Shown: positions 9,904 to 18,729 of the stretch, piece by piece
Layout of the letters: each line of letters starts with the position of its first letter
Numbering within the stretch: position 1 is the first letter of the stretch
Assembly: GCA_025462755.1 (NCBI GenBank)
Contig: JAOAPF010000265.1
Coordinates: forward strand, 20,162-84,161
DNA from: Edaphobacter sp.
Lineage (GTDB): Bacteria > Acidobacteriota > Terriglobia > Terriglobales > Acidobacteriaceae
DNA: 64,000 nucleotides
Reading direction: 5' to 3'
The notes under the pieces: model-generated
What the model saw: only the letters and a program-made list of their open reading frames with translations
Database searches by the model: none
What the model was told of the DNA's origin: nothing
Position numbers and translations under genes: made by a program

Positions 9904-11178
9904 CTATATTGGCAGTAAATCTGGAGTCTTAAGTGGTTGCACCCTGCCTCCCAGCAGCAGGATGGCTAGAAACCCGATGAGGTGAAAAGTCCCGACAATT
10001 AAAAACAATGTTCCATACCCGAATCCGTGCCCCAGCAGGAAGCCAGCGACGATGCCAAAGACAGCGCCCCCAATAGCACCGCCGAACCCGATCAGTCCTG
10101 ACACTGATCCGACCGCCGAGAGCGGAAAGATGTCGGCGGGCAAAGTCATAATCAAGCCGGACCAGGACTGCTGGCAGAAAAATGCAACGCTGAATAATAC
10201 TAGCGCCCAGCCGACAGGTACGTGCGGGACCAGCATGACGACAGGCATGAAGAGTGCGCTGAGACCGAGGACAAACTTCCGAGAGAAATCCAGCGACCGT
10301 CCCTGCCTCAGCAGGGCGCTGGACAACCATCCACCCAGGAAACTTCCGACCCCCGAAGCGGCGTATGGAATCCACGCGTAGTAGCTCACATGCTTTATGT
10401 CGAATCCCCGCACGTCATAGAGATACTTTGGCAACCAAAACAGATAGAAGTACCAAGCTGAATCGCTCATGAACTTAGCGAAGACGAGCACCTGTACCCG
10501 GCGCATGCTTAGCACATCCGTAAACGACAAGCGCTGGGCGACCGACCGTGCGTCTAACGTGGCGATCGAGGCTTGACGGTTACTCCGGTAAGTGACGGAC
10601 CACCAAGTCACCCATGCAAAACCGACCGCGCCGGCCGCGAAGAACACCATCCTCCATCCGGCCGTCAGCAGAATTATGCCTATCAGTGGAGGTGCCAACA
10701 CCGATCCCACCGCAGTTCCAGCATTGATAATCCCCATTGCCGTCGATCGCTGAGACGGCGGAATCCACTCCGCCACAATTCTCGTCGCCGCAGGAAAAGC
10801 CCCGCCTTCACCCATACCCAACAGGCAACGAGCCACCAACAAAAAATCAAAGTTCATCGCGAGGCCATGTAGTGCGCAGGCCCCTGACCACCACAGCATG
10901 ATCAGAATGAACCCTCGACGGGTCCCCATAATATCCAGCATCCGTCCGCCTGCCGCATATAGCGCCGCATAGGGGATAAGAAACGCAAACTGCAACCACG
11001 AAAACTGCTGGTCGCTGAGCGGTATCGTCAGCTGAATCGCAGAGATGGCGACAGGGAGAGTCTGCCGATCGAAGTAGCTGATGGCAATCGCCGCGGTCAC
11101 GAGTGCCACCAAATACCACTGCGCATCTCCTGAGCCGGACTGCACTGTTTGTTTGGCGCTTCTCAACATGGTCGCCAC
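9904..11178 (-). CDS. MFS transporter, ExuT/ACS-like sugar-acid permease
   Basis: SYFDRQ, GRMLD..GTRRG, EGGAFP, FYLFWLPKYL; about 12 hydrophobic segments. Confidence 0.88.
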   Translation of the reverse strand: MATMLRSAKQTVQSGSGDAQWYLVALVTAAIAISYFDRQTLPVAISAIQLTIPLSDQQFSWLQFAFLIPYAALYAAGGRMLDIMGTRRGFILIMLWWSGACALHGLAMNFDFLLVARCLLGMGEGGAFPAATRIVAEWIPPSQRSTAMGIINAGTAVGSVLAPPLIGIILLTAGWRMVFFAAGAVGFAWVTWWSVTYRSNRQASIATLDARSVAQRLSFTDVLSMRRVQVLVFAKFMSDSAWYFYLFWLPKYLYDVRGFDIKHVSYYAWIPYAASGVGSFLGGWLSSALLRQGRSLDFSRKFVLGLSALFMPVVMLVPHVPVGWALVLFSVAFFCQQSWSGLIMTLPADIFPLSAVGSVSGLIGFGGAIGGAVFGIVAGFLLGHGFGYGTLFLIVGTFHLIGFLAILLLGGRVQPLKTPDLLPI

Positions 11179-11182
11179 GAGA

Positions 11183-12865
11183 TCACCACTTCAAATGCAT
11201 TAGCGATGTAGCCTGCCGCGGGAGTGATGTCGCAATTGTTACATTGCCATGACTCACGTCCAGCCACTCCGGAGAGCTCAGAAGTTGCAGCTGACCGGAA
11301 TCCTTCAATTTTGCATATTGCTCCGGCGTCGGCGACTGCGGAGATCCCATCTTCTTCCATGCGGCGTACGAATTGCTATGTGTCTCGTCGATCCGATAAT
11401 GCTGCAGAAGCACCTTCTCCACCCCTGCCGGAATTCCCTCGATGGTTACGTTCACTGTTGCACCCGCCGCCGGCACATCGTCGTCATGGTAGTTCCACAA
11501 CATCACCGCAGCTTCATTGTTAGCCTTCGTCGCGAAGCCATCGACGTCGGGCGCTTGCCGCACGCCCGTATTGAGAATATCGTCCAGCGAAACCTGCCCC
11601 GTGCTGCTCGTGCTGACACGCTGTCCGGACATCAGGCCTGCCATCCGGAAGATATTGATCACCGGCTTGTCCACCCCGTTCGTTGCAAGTGTTCGAAAGC
11701 CTTCAAAGTATTCTTTGTCTTCGAACTCGAAGGACCACGACAGCATGGAGAGCAAGTTTACCTTGTACCGATTCTGCAGGGCGAAGAGGCCCTTAATAGC
11801 CACCGCCGTATACACGGGGTACAACGGGCCGTTCCGATAGGCGTTCGATGGATTCACCTTCATGGAGCAGGCCGCGCAGCCTTCTGGATCGGCTTCGCTC
11901 AAGATGATTGGAAGATGAATATACTTCGGATACTTCGCCACAATTCGAAACCCTTCACCAGCAGCTTTCAATTCATTCGCCAGGCCCATCCGCACATGTC
12001 CATCCACGACCGTCGGGCGGCCCTTCGGGTGAAAGGAGATAAAGTCCAGTGGAATCGGCTTTCCGTTGGCTGCACTTTTGTCATTCAGGCAATGCTTCAG
12101 GAAGTTATCGAGAAACAGGCTCGCTTTCTCCGAAGCAGGCCCGGTGCTGGCGGGACCGCCAACAATCGCATTTGGGAGTGCAGCGCGTAGACCCGCAACC
12201 GCATAGTCGTAGAGCTTGTGGTACTCCTCAGGGGTGCCATGCCAGTATGCGATGTCCGGCTCGTTCCACACCTCGAAATACCACGTGCTGACCTGTTCCT
12301 TGCCATACCGTTGCACCAGGTGCTCAGTGTACTTCTTTACCAATTCTCCCCAGACCGCATAGTCCTTCGGCGGATTGTTGGAAGCTCCAGAGATAGTGTT
12401 TCCGGGATAGTGAATCTGATAATCTTTCACCCCAGCAATTGTTGCTGCAAGGTCTTTGGGCATGAACCCCAGTTCTACCATCGGGCGGACACCCGCCTTT
12501 TGAAACTCGTCAAAGGTCTGGTCTGTAATCGTGAAGTCATACACAGGTTTGCCATTCGCGTCGAGCGTGAATACGTTCGATGAACTCCACTTGAGCTCTG
12601 CCACTCCATTGCCAGAGGTCAGCAAGTGATGTGCACGGATGTAGACGGGCACTGGACTCAAATCGTGCAGCTCAGTCAGCAGCAGTTTCCCGTACTTCAT
12701 TGTTGTGTAGTTCGATTCGTCATATCCAAACCAGCTGTAGATGGGCGTATACGGCCCCTGTGACTTTGCGAGGTCAACTTGAATGGATACTGGAGTCGAT
12801 TCTGACATCTGTGCCGCCGCATTCATTGCGGCAGCACAGATCAAGGTAATTGCGAGCTTTCGCAT
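11183..12865 (-). CDS. Secreted GH39 glycoside hydrolase (beta-xylosidase-like)
   Basis: Signal peptide, VELGFMP, FEVWNEPD (acid/base), DFISFH, YRIDETHSN. Confidence 0.88.
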   Translation of the reverse strand: MRKLAITLICAAAMNAAAQMSESTPVSIQVDLAKSQGPYTPIYSWFGYDESNYTTMKYGKLLLTELHDLSPVPVYIRAHHLLTSGNGVAELKWSSSNVFTLDANGKPVYDFTITDQTFDEFQKAGVRPMVELGFMPKDLAATIAGVKDYQIHYPGNTISGASNNPPKDYAVWGELVKKYTEHLVQRYGKEQVSTWYFEVWNEPDIAYWHGTPEEYHKLYDYAVAGLRAALPNAIVGGPASTGPASEKASLFLDNFLKHCLNDKSAANGKPIPLDFISFHPKGRPTVVDGHVRMGLANELKAAGEGFRIVAKYPKYIHLPIILSEADPEGCAACSMKVNPSNAYRNGPLYPVYTAVAIKGLFALQNRYKVNLLSMLSWSFEFEDKEYFEGFRTLATNGVDKPVINIFRMAGLMSGQRVSTSSTGQVSLDDILNTGVRQAPDVDGFATKANNEAAVMLWNYHDDDVPAAGATVNVTIEGIPAGVEKVLLQHYRIDETHSNSYAAWKKMGSPQSPTPEQYAKLKDSGQLQLLSSPEWLDVSHGNVTIATSLPRQATSLMHLKW

Positions 12866-12886
12866 TGTTTAGTGGCCCTTATATTG

Positions 12887-15800
12887 TTAAAAGTTGTATT
12901 TCAGTGCCAACTGAATGTCACGAGATGGAATGGAAGTCGAAGTCACGGTGCAGCAGGATGACGCATCAATGGTTGAGCTGGGAGCGTTGAAGCTGGTCGT
13001 GTTTGGCAGGTTGAAAAACTCGACGCGGAAAGACAGTACTGATTCCCCGGGTAGAGCGAAGTTCTTGAAAATCGAAGCATCGTATTGCCGGAATGCGTCT
13101 GACTGCAATGTAAAAGCCTTTACCCGTCCATAAGTGAATTGCGGCGCCACGACATAGGCTGTTTTATCAAACCAGCTCGACAAGGACTTGTGGAAAGAGG
13201 GTGATCCACCGGCTGGGTTTATGTTTGGTCGCTGATTTGGGACGCCAGTGTTCGCCCTGTCGGTCGAAACAATAGGCGTATACGGAGTTCCACTTCGCAG
13301 CACAATAATGGTCTGGACTTGCCATCCTCCAAGCACTGCATCCACAAAATGACTGCTGTTGGCCATGTACTTTCTGCCACGTCCCACCGGCAGCTGATAA
13401 CTCCCGCTCATCGCCAGGTTTTGCGGTGTGTTGAAAGGAGAGTACGTTCTCTCATATCCAATGTTTCCGCCCAATGCGGGAGACTGATTCGACTGCATGA
13501 ACTTCGACCATGTGTAAGAAATCAGTCCCGTGATCCCATCACTGACGCGGCGTTCGAGCTTCGCCTGCAAAGCTTGATAAGTTGTCCCAAGGTCTTGCGA
13601 TTGGAAGGTGATCGCGCCCCACGGCTGGAAAGGACGACGTCCTTGGACCGCACCAGCCGCGGGTGACGGATCGTTGAAATCATTGGTAGCCTGCAGATGC
13701 AACCCATGATTTCCAACGTACGCGATATCAAAGACAGTCTTTGGTGAGAGTTGCTGCTGCACGCTCAAACTATAGTGCTGGTTTTGTCCCATCTTCAGGT
13801 GAGTGAGGGTCGGCAAGAGCGATGGGTTGGAGAGTGCCGAACCGAGTTGGGATCCTAAGAAGAAGTTCGCAGTTGAGCGATTCGGAACCACATTCTGGGT
13901 CTGATTAACAGTTTCTGCCAGCAGGAACGGCAGTATGTTTCGATTTACACGGCCGCTGGTACCCTCAGGCTCATAGAAGATACCAAAACCGCCGCGAATC
14001 ACCGTATCGGGGCCCAGAGGCTGCCACGCAAAACCTACGCGAGGTCCGAACTGCGTACGATCGGTATAGGTGATGGAGTAGGGCAAGCCGGCCTGACTGC
14101 TGGTCTGGATGTATTCTCCGAAGAACTGGTAGGCCGCAGGAGCCGCGTACTGAGACGTTAGATCAACCTGGCTTGTATTTCCCTCGACAATAATCGGCTT
14201 AGTCTTCGTGGGGTCGAAGGTGCCAAGTTGTCCCTTATAACCGTTTAGCCAAGGTGAATACTCGTAACGGAGACCAATGTTTACGGTCAGTTTGGGATTT
14301 ACACGTATGTCGTCCTGGACAAAGTATTGCTGGTACCAACGCTGTCCGCCAAAGTTATTTGCAGGATACGCACGAGCCACCGACGCAGGATATCCCAGCA
14401 GAAAGTCCGCGAACGAATCACCGGCCGCTGCCGCAGAGTTTTGCGTCTCTGTTCCTGTGAAATTGAAGATTCCTACATAGTTCGAACTGTCGTAGCCAAT
14501 CCACTGGTAGTAGCGAACCAGAACCCCGAACTTCAGAGAGTGGCGCCCCTTAAGAATGGTGAAGTTATCGGTCGGTTCAAACACCGTACGATCTTGAGAT
14601 TTTGGCCGTTGATCGAAAGCAGACCCTTGAAGCGCGGCGTAGCCGCTCCAGGAATAGTCCGGGAACGAGCCTCCTGTCCCGGGCCGCAGCAACTGGTTGA
14701 ATCCTTGAATGCCGTTCAATGTGTTGAAGTCAGGACCTTGAAGAAATGCGGAGAGCAGAACATGACTGGGCAGATAATGCACCCTGAAGTCTTGGACCTT
14801 ATTCGCTCCGATATTGGTGATTAACCCAACCGCAATATCGTAACCGTTGGACGTGAGAGACGCGGTCTTCAACAACGGTGCGGCATTAGGATCCGACTCC
14901 CGATTGTTGACATAGATCCAGCGCGCGAAGAGTCGGTTGGATGAATTCAACTGATGGTCGACGCGTACAGTTCCCTGGTCCCAGTCGATTCCCTGCGACG
15001 GAACTGCTTTAAAGCTTGTTGCGCCGCTGTTAGCGTGCGGATAATAAGCCAGTACTGCGGATGCTTGTGGGGAGATCCGTGACGGGCAGATTACGTTGAG
15101 CGCGCCGTTGCAACTGATCTGGGTGCGGGGGTTTGTTAGTGGATCATAAAGCGTCTTCAATCCCGGAGCGCTGAAATCTCCCAATCGTTGTGCATCGGTA
15201 GGGACCGTGCTATTGACGACCAACCCCTGCCTTAGCCTCTGCCCTTCGTAGTCGACAAAGAAAAATGTCTTGTCCTTCCCGTTGTACAAATGCGGAATCG
15301 ACAGAGGCCCGCCAATATCACCACCAAATTGATTGCGCTTCAGAATTGCTCTTGTTGCTGAAAAGTAGTTGCGCGCATCCAAGTTTTCGTTGCGAAGGAA
15401 CTCGAAGACTCCTCCATGATATCGATTGGTTCCCGATTTCGTGGTGGCATTGAAGAACGCTCCGCCACGGTTGAATTCCGCAGAGTACGGGCTTTGCTGC
15501 ACGCTGAACTCCTGCAGTGCATCGATGGAAGTTTGGATAAACGTACCTCCCTGATGCTGTTCGCTCACGTCCACGCCGTCCAACAAAAACGAAATCGCAC
15601 TTCCGCGAATACCGCTGATAGTGTTCCCGTTCACTACTTCAGGACGGATTGCCAATGAATTCCCAGTTGGAGGCAACAGGGCCGCACCAGGTGTAAGTTC
15701 AGCTAGTCTGTAAAAGCCGCGTCCATTCAACGGGAGGCTTGTTACCTGCTGATTGGTCATGACCGTGCCGAGCGTTGCACTGTCTGTACTCAACAGCGGA

Positions 15801-16186
15801 ACATCGGTATACACCTCAACCGTTGTGGTTGCTTCGCCAACTTTCAATTCGAGGTCTTCGCGAACGATCTGACCGACCTGGACTTCAATGTTTGACGCGT
15901 TGATCGTCTGAAATCCTGTCGCGGTAACACTGAGCGAATATACTCCGGCAGACACTGGCGTGATGACGAAGTCACCGGACGAGTCCGTAAGGGCACTCTG
16001 CACAATATTCGTGCCACTATTCGTTGCTTTAACGATGGCGTGGGGCACCGATGCGCCCTGAAGATCGGTGATGCGTCCGACGAAGCGCCCCGATTCCACC
16101 TGGCCATTGGTGGACAAGGCTGCTCCTAGAAGAAGAACGAGAACAGTGACATTCTGAATTCCTTTGAGAAGCTTGCGAGCTTTCAT
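12887..16186 (-). CDS. TonB-dependent receptor with carboxypeptidase-regulatory-like domain
   Basis: Signal peptide from MKARKLL (16186), LPLNGR, TKSGTN..HG..FEFLRN..LDARNYF, C-terminal QLALKYNF. Confidence 0.92.
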   Translation of the reverse strand: MKARKLLKGIQNVTVLVLLLGAALSTNGQVESGRFVGRITDLQGASVPHAIVKATNSGTNIVQSALTDSSGDFVITPVSAGVYSLSVTATGFQTINASNIEVQVGQIVREDLELKVGEATTTVEVYTDVPLLSTDSATLGTVMTNQQVTSLPLNGRGFYRLAELTPGAALLPPTGNSLAIRPEVVNGNTISGIRGSAISFLLDGVDVSEQHQGGTFIQTSIDALQEFSVQQSPYSAEFNRGGAFFNATTKSGTNRYHGGVFEFLRNENLDARNYFSATRAILKRNQFGGDIGGPLSIPHLYNGKDKTFFFVDYEGQRLRQGLVVNSTVPTDAQRLGDFSAPGLKTLYDPLTNPRTQISCNGALNVICPSRISPQASAVLAYYPHANSGATSFKAVPSQGIDWDQGTVRVDHQLNSSNRLFARWIYVNNRESDPNAAPLLKTASLTSNGYDIAVGLITNIGANKVQDFRVHYLPSHVLLSAFLQGPDFNTLNGIQGFNQLLRPGTGGSFPDYSWSGYAALQGSAFDQRPKSQDRTVFEPTDNFTILKGRHSLKFGVLVRYYQWIGYDSSNYVGIFNFTGTETQNSAAAAGDSFADFLLGYPASVARAYPANNFGGQRWYQQYFVQDDIRVNPKLTVNIGLRYEYSPWLNGYKGQLGTFDPTKTKPIIVEGNTSQVDLTSQYAAPAAYQFFGEYIQTSSQAGLPYSITYTDRTQFGPRVGFAWQPLGPDTVIRGGFGIFYEPEGTSGRVNRNILPFLLAETVNQTQNVVPNRSTANFFLGSQLGSALSNPSLLPTLTHLKMGQNQHYSLSVQQQLSPKTVFDIAYVGNHGLHLQATNDFNDPSPAAGAVQGRRPFQPWGAITFQSQDLGTTYQALQAKLERRVSDGITGLISYTWSKFMQSNQSPALGGNIGYERTYSPFNTPQNLAMSGSYQLPVGRGRKYMANSSHFVDAVLGGWQVQTIIVLRSGTPYTPIVSTDRANTGVPNQRPNINPAGGSPSFHKSLSSWFDKTAYVVAPQFTYGRVKAFTLQSDAFRQYDASIFKNFALPGESVLSFRVEFFNLPNTTSFNAPSSTIDASSCCTVTSTSIPSRDIQLALKYNF

Positions 16187-16208
16187 TTTTTGTCCCTCAG
16201 CTCTCTTG

Positions 16209-16218
16209 GTAAACGTTT
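16209..16218. promoter_or_regulatory. Candidate LacI-family-type operator GTAAACGTTT
   Basis: Identical to 1744-1753; lies just upstream of the TonB receptor start. Confidence 0.4.
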
Positions 16219-16244
16219 GCGACGCTGTCTTGTAACGTGCTAAA

Positions 16245-16569
16245 GGTAGTACCAAGCTGAAAACAGTGTCAAGCTAAATTTTTGAAGACTGGAAATACAG
16301 TGGCCATTTACTCGGGTATATCAGATAGTTCAATGAAACTGGTTGACGAGGCGTAGATCACCCACATTTGCGCGCGTTCTTGGCCTTCCCACGCCTGCAG
16401 TCGCAGATCGATTTGGAGGAACACCTTCCTTTGCAGCGGGATTCTGTCGAGAAGAGTCGAAGTTCTAGTCGCCTTTCGGGAGTAATGATATCGGTAGTAC
16501 CATTACACTTCTTCACTCCTCAACTCGACACGGGTGTAAATCAGTTGACATCGAATTGCAGGTAGACCA
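16245..16569. promoter_or_regulatory. Divergent promoter region with FadR-type operators
   Basis: GGTAGTACCA at 16245-16254 and 16493-16502; GGTAGACCA at 16561-16569. TTGACA -35 boxes at 16545-16550 (+) and 16267-16272 (-), with operators overlapping the spacer/-10. Confidence 0.6.
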
Positions 16570-16579
16570 CTATTCAAGG

Positions 16580-17395
16580 ATGAAGCAACACCGAAAGTCC
16601 CCCCTGGGCGACAGTGGGCACGTTCTCAACGAGAAAGATGATGTCACACAGTTGCTAATCCTCCGATTCCAGCAGTTGCTGAGCGAGGGATTGCTCGCTC
16701 CAGGCACCAAGCTGCCGCCAGAGCGAGAGCTAGCGGCAAACTTCGGCGTCGCTCGTTCTTCGTTACGGCCCGCCCTCAAAGTGCTTGAGATCATGGGCGT
16801 CATCACGCAGAAGGTCGGCGATGGTAGTTACCTCAACAGGGACGCCTCCTCGGTACTGGCTGTGCCCATGGAGTTTCTCTTTCTCCTCGACGACACGTCA
16901 CTTCAGGAACTCACCGAGATGCGACTGATGATGGAGCCAGCGCTCGCAGCCAAAGCTGCGGAACGGGCCAATGCGGAGCATATCGCATTGCTCAGACAAT
17001 CCATCGTCGACTTGGAACACAGCAAATGCGACCGTGTTCGCCTCGTCTCCTCCGATCTACTCTTTCACCGTGCTATCTTTCAGGCTTCTGGCAATCGTCT
17101 GGCGGGACGCCTTTTTCAAACTATCCACCGTGCCATGCTAAACATGATGATGGTGACATCCCAGCTTGTAGATCTGGAGCATACCCTGCAGTTCCATCAG
17201 CCGATTTTGGTGGCCATCGAGCAGCGCAACCCAGACCTTGCGTCTCGTCTCATGACAGACCACCTGACCGACGCCCGCGATCTGCTACTTCACAGCCGTC
17301 AGCAGGAGACCTCGCGTCAGCTCCGCAATCATCTCGCTGCTGGCCAGTCGGTAAACAAGCGCTTTCGCAAATCGATTGCCCTATCACGGAGATGA
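16580..17395 (+). CDS. FadR/GntR-family transcriptional regulator
   Basis: KLPPERELAANFGVARSSLR wHTH; FCD domain with D..FH and H..I..AI motifs. Confidence 0.92.
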   Translation: MKQHRKSPLGDSGHVLNEKDDVTQLLILRFQQLLSEGLLAPGTKLPPERELAANFGVARSSLRPALKVLEIMGVITQKVGDGSYLNRDASSVLAVPMEFLFLLDDTSLQELTEMRLMMEPALAAKAAERANAEHIALLRQSIVDLEHSKCDRVRLVSSDLLFHRAIFQASGNRLAGRLFQTIHRAMLNMMMVTSQLVDLEHTLQFHQPILVAIEQRNPDLASRLMTDHLTDARDLLLHSRQQETSRQLRNHLAAGQSVNKRFRKSIALSRR

Positions 17396-17485
17396 ACAAA
17401 AAGGCCTTTTCTGCAAGGGGCAATGTACGACTATCTTCCGGATTTAACGGTCGTGATGATGCTTTACAAGACTCGGAAGGAACTT

Positions 17486-18523
17486 CTATCGCTCCAGATC
17501 TGCATGCGGCCATCCTGCGGTCCAATCGATTGTAGAGAGTTGCAGCGATGGCTTCCCTGTCTTTGAATCATAGGCGTGAAAGACGACAAGACCGCGCTTG
17601 TGTGAATCCAGATAAACGCTCCCACCACCCGGTCCCAGCCAACGGGAGTTCGCCAACAGAAGTTCTGTGCCACCCCCATCAGCGAGGTACTTTCCATTAG
17701 CGTCCACATACGGACCAGTTATGGACTTCGATCTTCCCACCATGGTCTTGTAGGTGCTCTTCAGGCCGCGGCAGCAAAGGTCCCACGACGTGAACAGATA
17801 GAAATAGCCGCAACGACGCACAATGAACGGCGCTTCGACCGCTTCCCAATTAGCTGGGAGACCCGCAACGGCCGCCGCCGCTTCCGCCGGTTTCGTTCGT
17901 CGCGCAACGGAATAAGTTGTGGTGTCCTTTGTCGACAAGAAACCTGAATCGCTCAGTCGGCGCATTTTGATGCCATCCCAAAAGCTGCCGAATACAAGCC
18001 ATTCACCTCCCTTGCCGTCGAGAACGAAGTTGGGATCAATTGCGTTGAAGTTGTCTTCCGTCTTCGATTCCAACACGAGTCCCTTATCCACCCACTTGAA
18101 ACTGGAATTGGTCGGGTCAAGGGTTTTGTTTGTGGCCAGAGCAATACCCGAGGTATTTTTTCCGAAGAGGGAGTAGGCGTAATAGAGGCGGTACTCGTGA
18201 TGAACGTACGAGATGTCCGGTGCCCACAGGTCTTTTGTGCCCGGGCTGCGCTCAAGAATCCAAGCGGGTATGGCGTCGAAGACATGACCGCATAGCTTCC
18301 AATGCTCGAGATCGTCCGAGCAGCGAACTGCAAACTGACCGCCCCCCGGGGCCTTGCCAGTAGCGAAGACGTACCAGGTCTTCCCTTCTTTCACGATCGA
18401 AGGGTCGTGGGTTCCGGCAACATCCCCAGAGAGGCGATAGGCATGCGCCTTCTGCGCATGGCAGACGCGCGAAGCCAAGGCAAACAACGCAAGCACAACG
18501 AGCACCTTCCATGTTTGGGTCAT
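17486..18523 (-). CDS. Secreted GH43 endo-1,5-alpha-L-arabinanase-like hydrolase
   Basis: HDPS, LWAPD, NAIDP, FGSFWDGI, EAPFI, GRS..ITGPYVD; signal peptide. Confidence 0.9.
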   Translation of the reverse strand: MTQTWKVLVVLALFALASRVCHAQKAHAYRLSGDVAGTHDPSIVKEGKTWYVFATGKAPGGGQFAVRCSDDLEHWKLCGHVFDAIPAWILERSPGTKDLWAPDISYVHHEYRLYYAYSLFGKNTSGIALATNKTLDPTNSSFKWVDKGLVLESKTEDNFNAIDPNFVLDGKGGEWLVFGSFWDGIKMRRLSDSGFLSTKDTTTYSVARRTKPAEAAAAVAGLPANWEAVEAPFIVRRCGYFYLFTSWDLCCRGLKSTYKTMVGRSKSITGPYVDANGKYLADGGGTELLLANSRWLGPGGGSVYLDSHKRGLVVFHAYDSKTGKPSLQLSTIDWTAGWPHADLER

Positions 18524-18729
18524 GTGGATATCCTTCGGTTACATAATGCAACGGAGTTCCGGTGTTCACGCCTCATGTATAGGTTCGCCACGGAGATTGA
18601 TGTATGGTGCAGTATTGTACTCAACGCCCGTGACGATGTACCAGCACGAAGCTATCTGCAGGTCGCCAGCAGGAGCAATTGCTCCACCACCCTATTATTA
18701 AGCAGCTATGGGCAACCAAATGTCTTAAC

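Noticed and set aside
7681-12190. Long plus-strand ORFs (7681-8487, 8778-9485, 11249-12190)
   Set aside because: Antisense to well-supported genes with no recognisable motifs; typical shadow ORFs in GC-rich DNA.
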